Shown: positions 17,216 through 19,034 of the stretch, one piece after another | How positions within the stretch are numbered: position 1 is the stretch's first letter | Layout of the letters: each line of letters begins with the position of its first letter | Source of the DNA: Fidelibacterota bacterium | GTDB taxonomy: Bacteria > Fidelibacterota > Marinisomatia > Marinisomatales > TCS56 | Direction: 5' to 3' | NCBI GenBank assembly: GCA_043822705.1 | Contig: JBDRBK010000179.1 | Span: 1-19,034, forward strand | Length of the DNA: 19,034 nucleotides | The notes under the pieces: model-generated | What the model was told of the DNA's origin: nothing | The model's input: only the letters and a program-made list of their open reading frames with translations | Databases searched by the model: none | Program-made: the position numbers and the translations under genes

Positions 17216-17244
17216 AACCCCGCATAACAGCGGGGTTTTTTTTT
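17216..17244 (+). terminator. Attenuator intrinsic terminator
   Basis: AACCCCGC-ATAACA-GCGGGGTT followed by a T-run to 17244. Its 5' arm can alternatively pair with GGGGTTGA (17168-17175). Confidence 0.9.
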
Positions 17245-17296
17245 GCCCGTAATTGAAACCGAACAGAATCGACAGCAAACAAATGGAACCAAACCA

Positions 17297-17884
17297 ATGA
17301 AAATGACAACGATCGGCATCCAGGGCGGGAAAGGCAGTTTCTCCGAAGAAGCAGCCCGGCGGTTTATCGATAATCACGGCTTGGGCCGAACCAAATTTGA
17401 ATATCTGATTACTTCTGAACGCGTCCTGGCGGCGGTTGAAGCCGGCACTGTGGACTACGGCATCTTCGCAATGGAAAACGCCCAGGGTGGCGTGGTGATC
17501 GAGAGTGTGGAAGCGCTGGCACGCTACCGCTGTGAAATCGTGGAAATGTTCCACGTGGCGATTTCCCAGTGCCTGCTGGCCCGCCGCGGTGTGTTTCTGG
17601 GCGATGTCACCGAAATTCACTCGCACCAGCAGGCTCTGCGGCAGTGCCGCAATTACTTGGCGGAAAATTTCTGGACCCGGCCCCTGATCGAGCAGGACGA
17701 TACAGCCGAATCGGCCCGGCGCCTGAAAGAAGGTAAACTGCCGAAGACCGCTGCCGTAATCGCCCCGAAGTTCTGTGCCGAACTTTATGGGCTGGTCCTG
17801 CTGGCCGAAAATATCCACGATCTGAAGAATAATCTGACTTTGTTTCTGGGCGTGAAAAAACTGGGAGAAACTAAAAATGAATAG
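17297..17884 (+). CDS. pheA: Prephenate dehydratase, catalytic domain only (no ACT domain)
   Basis: IGIQGGKGSFSEEA, MENAQGGVV, SHQQALRQC, DTAESA, NIHD..NNLTLF. Ends just after that motif. Start is 17297 or 17303. Confidence 0.88.
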   Translation: MKMTTIGIQGGKGSFSEEAARRFIDNHGLGRTKFEYLITSERVLAAVEAGTVDYGIFAMENAQGGVVIESVEALARYRCEIVEMFHVAISQCLLARRGVFLGDVTEIHSHQQALRQCRNYLAENFWTRPLIEQDDTAESARRLKEGKLPKTAAVIAPKFCAELYGLVLLAENIHDLKNNLTLFLGVKKLGETKNE

Positions 17885-18605
17885 TGTTGGACTGATCGGC
17901 TTTGGCCGCTTCGGGCGGGTGCTGGCCAAAATTTTAACCGATGACTTTATTGTCCGGGCGTTTGATACCCGGTCGCAGGATGAATTCTACGGCGTCGAAT
18001 TCGTGGACTGGTCGGAAGTCGTCAAAGAAGAGAACATTTTTGTTGCTGTGCCGATTCATTCCTTCAAGGCGGTGATTCATCGCCTGTCCAGCGATCTGCG
18101 GTCGCCGGCCACGATCATCGATGTCTGTTCTGTGAAAGTCTATCCGGTCACTGTGATGCGCGAGCATCTGCCGGAAACGGTCGATATTATCGCCACCCAC
18201 CCGCTGTTCGGACCCGATTCGATCAACAGTCCCGAAGGTCTTAAAATAATGATGGACAGTGTTCGCGACAACCACGGCCGCTTCGGTTCCTGGCGGGATT
18301 ATTTCGCGGCCAAAGCGCTGCAGGTAATCGAAATGTCGCCCGAGCAGCATGATCGGCTGGCGGCCGAAAGCCAGGGGATCACCCATTTCGTCGGGCGGGT
18401 GCTGCGGGAAGCCGGAATCAAATCCACCGCCATCGATACGCTTGGTTTCCACGATCTGGTCCAGGTGATCGACCAGACTTGCAACGACAGTTGGGAGCTG
18501 TTCATGGACCTGCAGAATTTCAACCCCTACACCCTGTCGGTGATCCAGCGCCTGGAAACGGCGATCGGAACGGTCCGCGGCAAAATACTCAGTCGAGAGG
18601 CCTGA
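17877..18605 (+). CDS. tyrA: Prephenate/arogenate dehydrogenase
   Basis: GLIGFGRFG Rossmann motif, DVCSVK, HPLFGP, EQHDRLAA.SQGITH. Overlaps the pheA stop by 8 nt. Confidence 0.92.
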   Translation: MNSVGLIGFGRFGRVLAKILTDDFIVRAFDTRSQDEFYGVEFVDWSEVVKEENIFVAVPIHSFKAVIHRLSSDLRSPATIIDVCSVKVYPVTVMREHLPETVDIIATHPLFGPDSINSPEGLKIMMDSVRDNHGRFGSWRDYFAAKALQVIEMSPEQHDRLAAESQGITHFVGRVLREAGIKSTAIDTLGFHDLVQVIDQTCNDSWELFMDLQNFNPYTLSVIQRLETAIGTVRGKILSREA

Positions 18606-18606
18606 C

Positions 18607-19034
18607 ATGCTGGTTATAATGAATACCGATGCCACGGCCGATCAGATCCGGCGTGTTCGCGACCGGATCGGCGAAATGGGTTATTCGGCCCACAGTGTAA
18701 AATGGCACGGCCAGCAGGCCCTTGGCGTTACCGGCAACAAGGGCAAGGAAGACCGGATTTACCTGGAAGGCCTGCCGGGCGTCCTGAAAGTGGTGCCGCT
18801 GTCCAAACCATATAAGCTGGCCAGCCGCGAAACCCGGCCGGAGAACTCGGTCTACAATATCGGCGGGGCCGTGTTCGGTGATGGCAATGTCGTCATGATC
18901 GCCGGACCCTGCGCCGTGGAAAGCGAGGAGCAGACCCTGCGGATTACGGAACAGGTGGCCCGTCGTGGCGCCCAGATGATCCGGGGTGGGGCCTACAAAC
19001 CGCGGACTTCGCCCTATGCCTTCCAGGGATTGGG
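18607..19034 (+). CDS. aroF: DAHP synthase type I-beta with N-terminal regulatory domain (partial, runs off the window; absent from the ORF track)
   Basis: Hand translation: MLVIMNTDATADQI...KPYKLASRE...IAGPCAVESEEQ...RGGAYKPRTSPYAFQGL. Confidence 0.95.
   Translation, partial: MLVIMNTDATADQIRRVRDRIGEMGYSAHSVKWHGQQALGVTGNKGKEDRIYLEGLPGVLKVVPLSKPYKLASRETRPENSVYNIGGAVFGDGNVVMIAGPCAVESEEQTLRITEQVARRGAQMIRGGAYKPRTSPYAFQGL

Overview
Bacterial chromosomal window, GC-rich host, possibly FCB-group (a guess from gene content). From left to right: (1) a LytS/LytTR two-component pair. (2) An accessory block at ~1856-7504 containing an AT-rich AAA-ATPase + S8 peptidase pair (IetAS-type defence/addiction module) bounded by a 10-bp direct repeat; a 104-aa helical hypothetical gene preceded by a structured leader and nine quasi-palindromic 21-bp repeats; and a YhcG/DUF1016 nuclease gene broken by an in-frame stop. 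(3) A complete hypABFCDE [NiFe]-hydrogenase maturation operon with REP-like and short-period intergenic repeats. (4) A convergent GT-C-like membrane protein. (5) A Ni-transporter-like/VKOR/chorismate mutase unit. (6) The start of an aromatic amino-acid operon (ACT-less PheA, TyrA, DAHP synthase) controlled by an unannotated Tyr/Phe-rich leader-peptide attenuator. The best candidate for an undescribed system is the repeat array + structured leader + small protein unit at 5586-6379.
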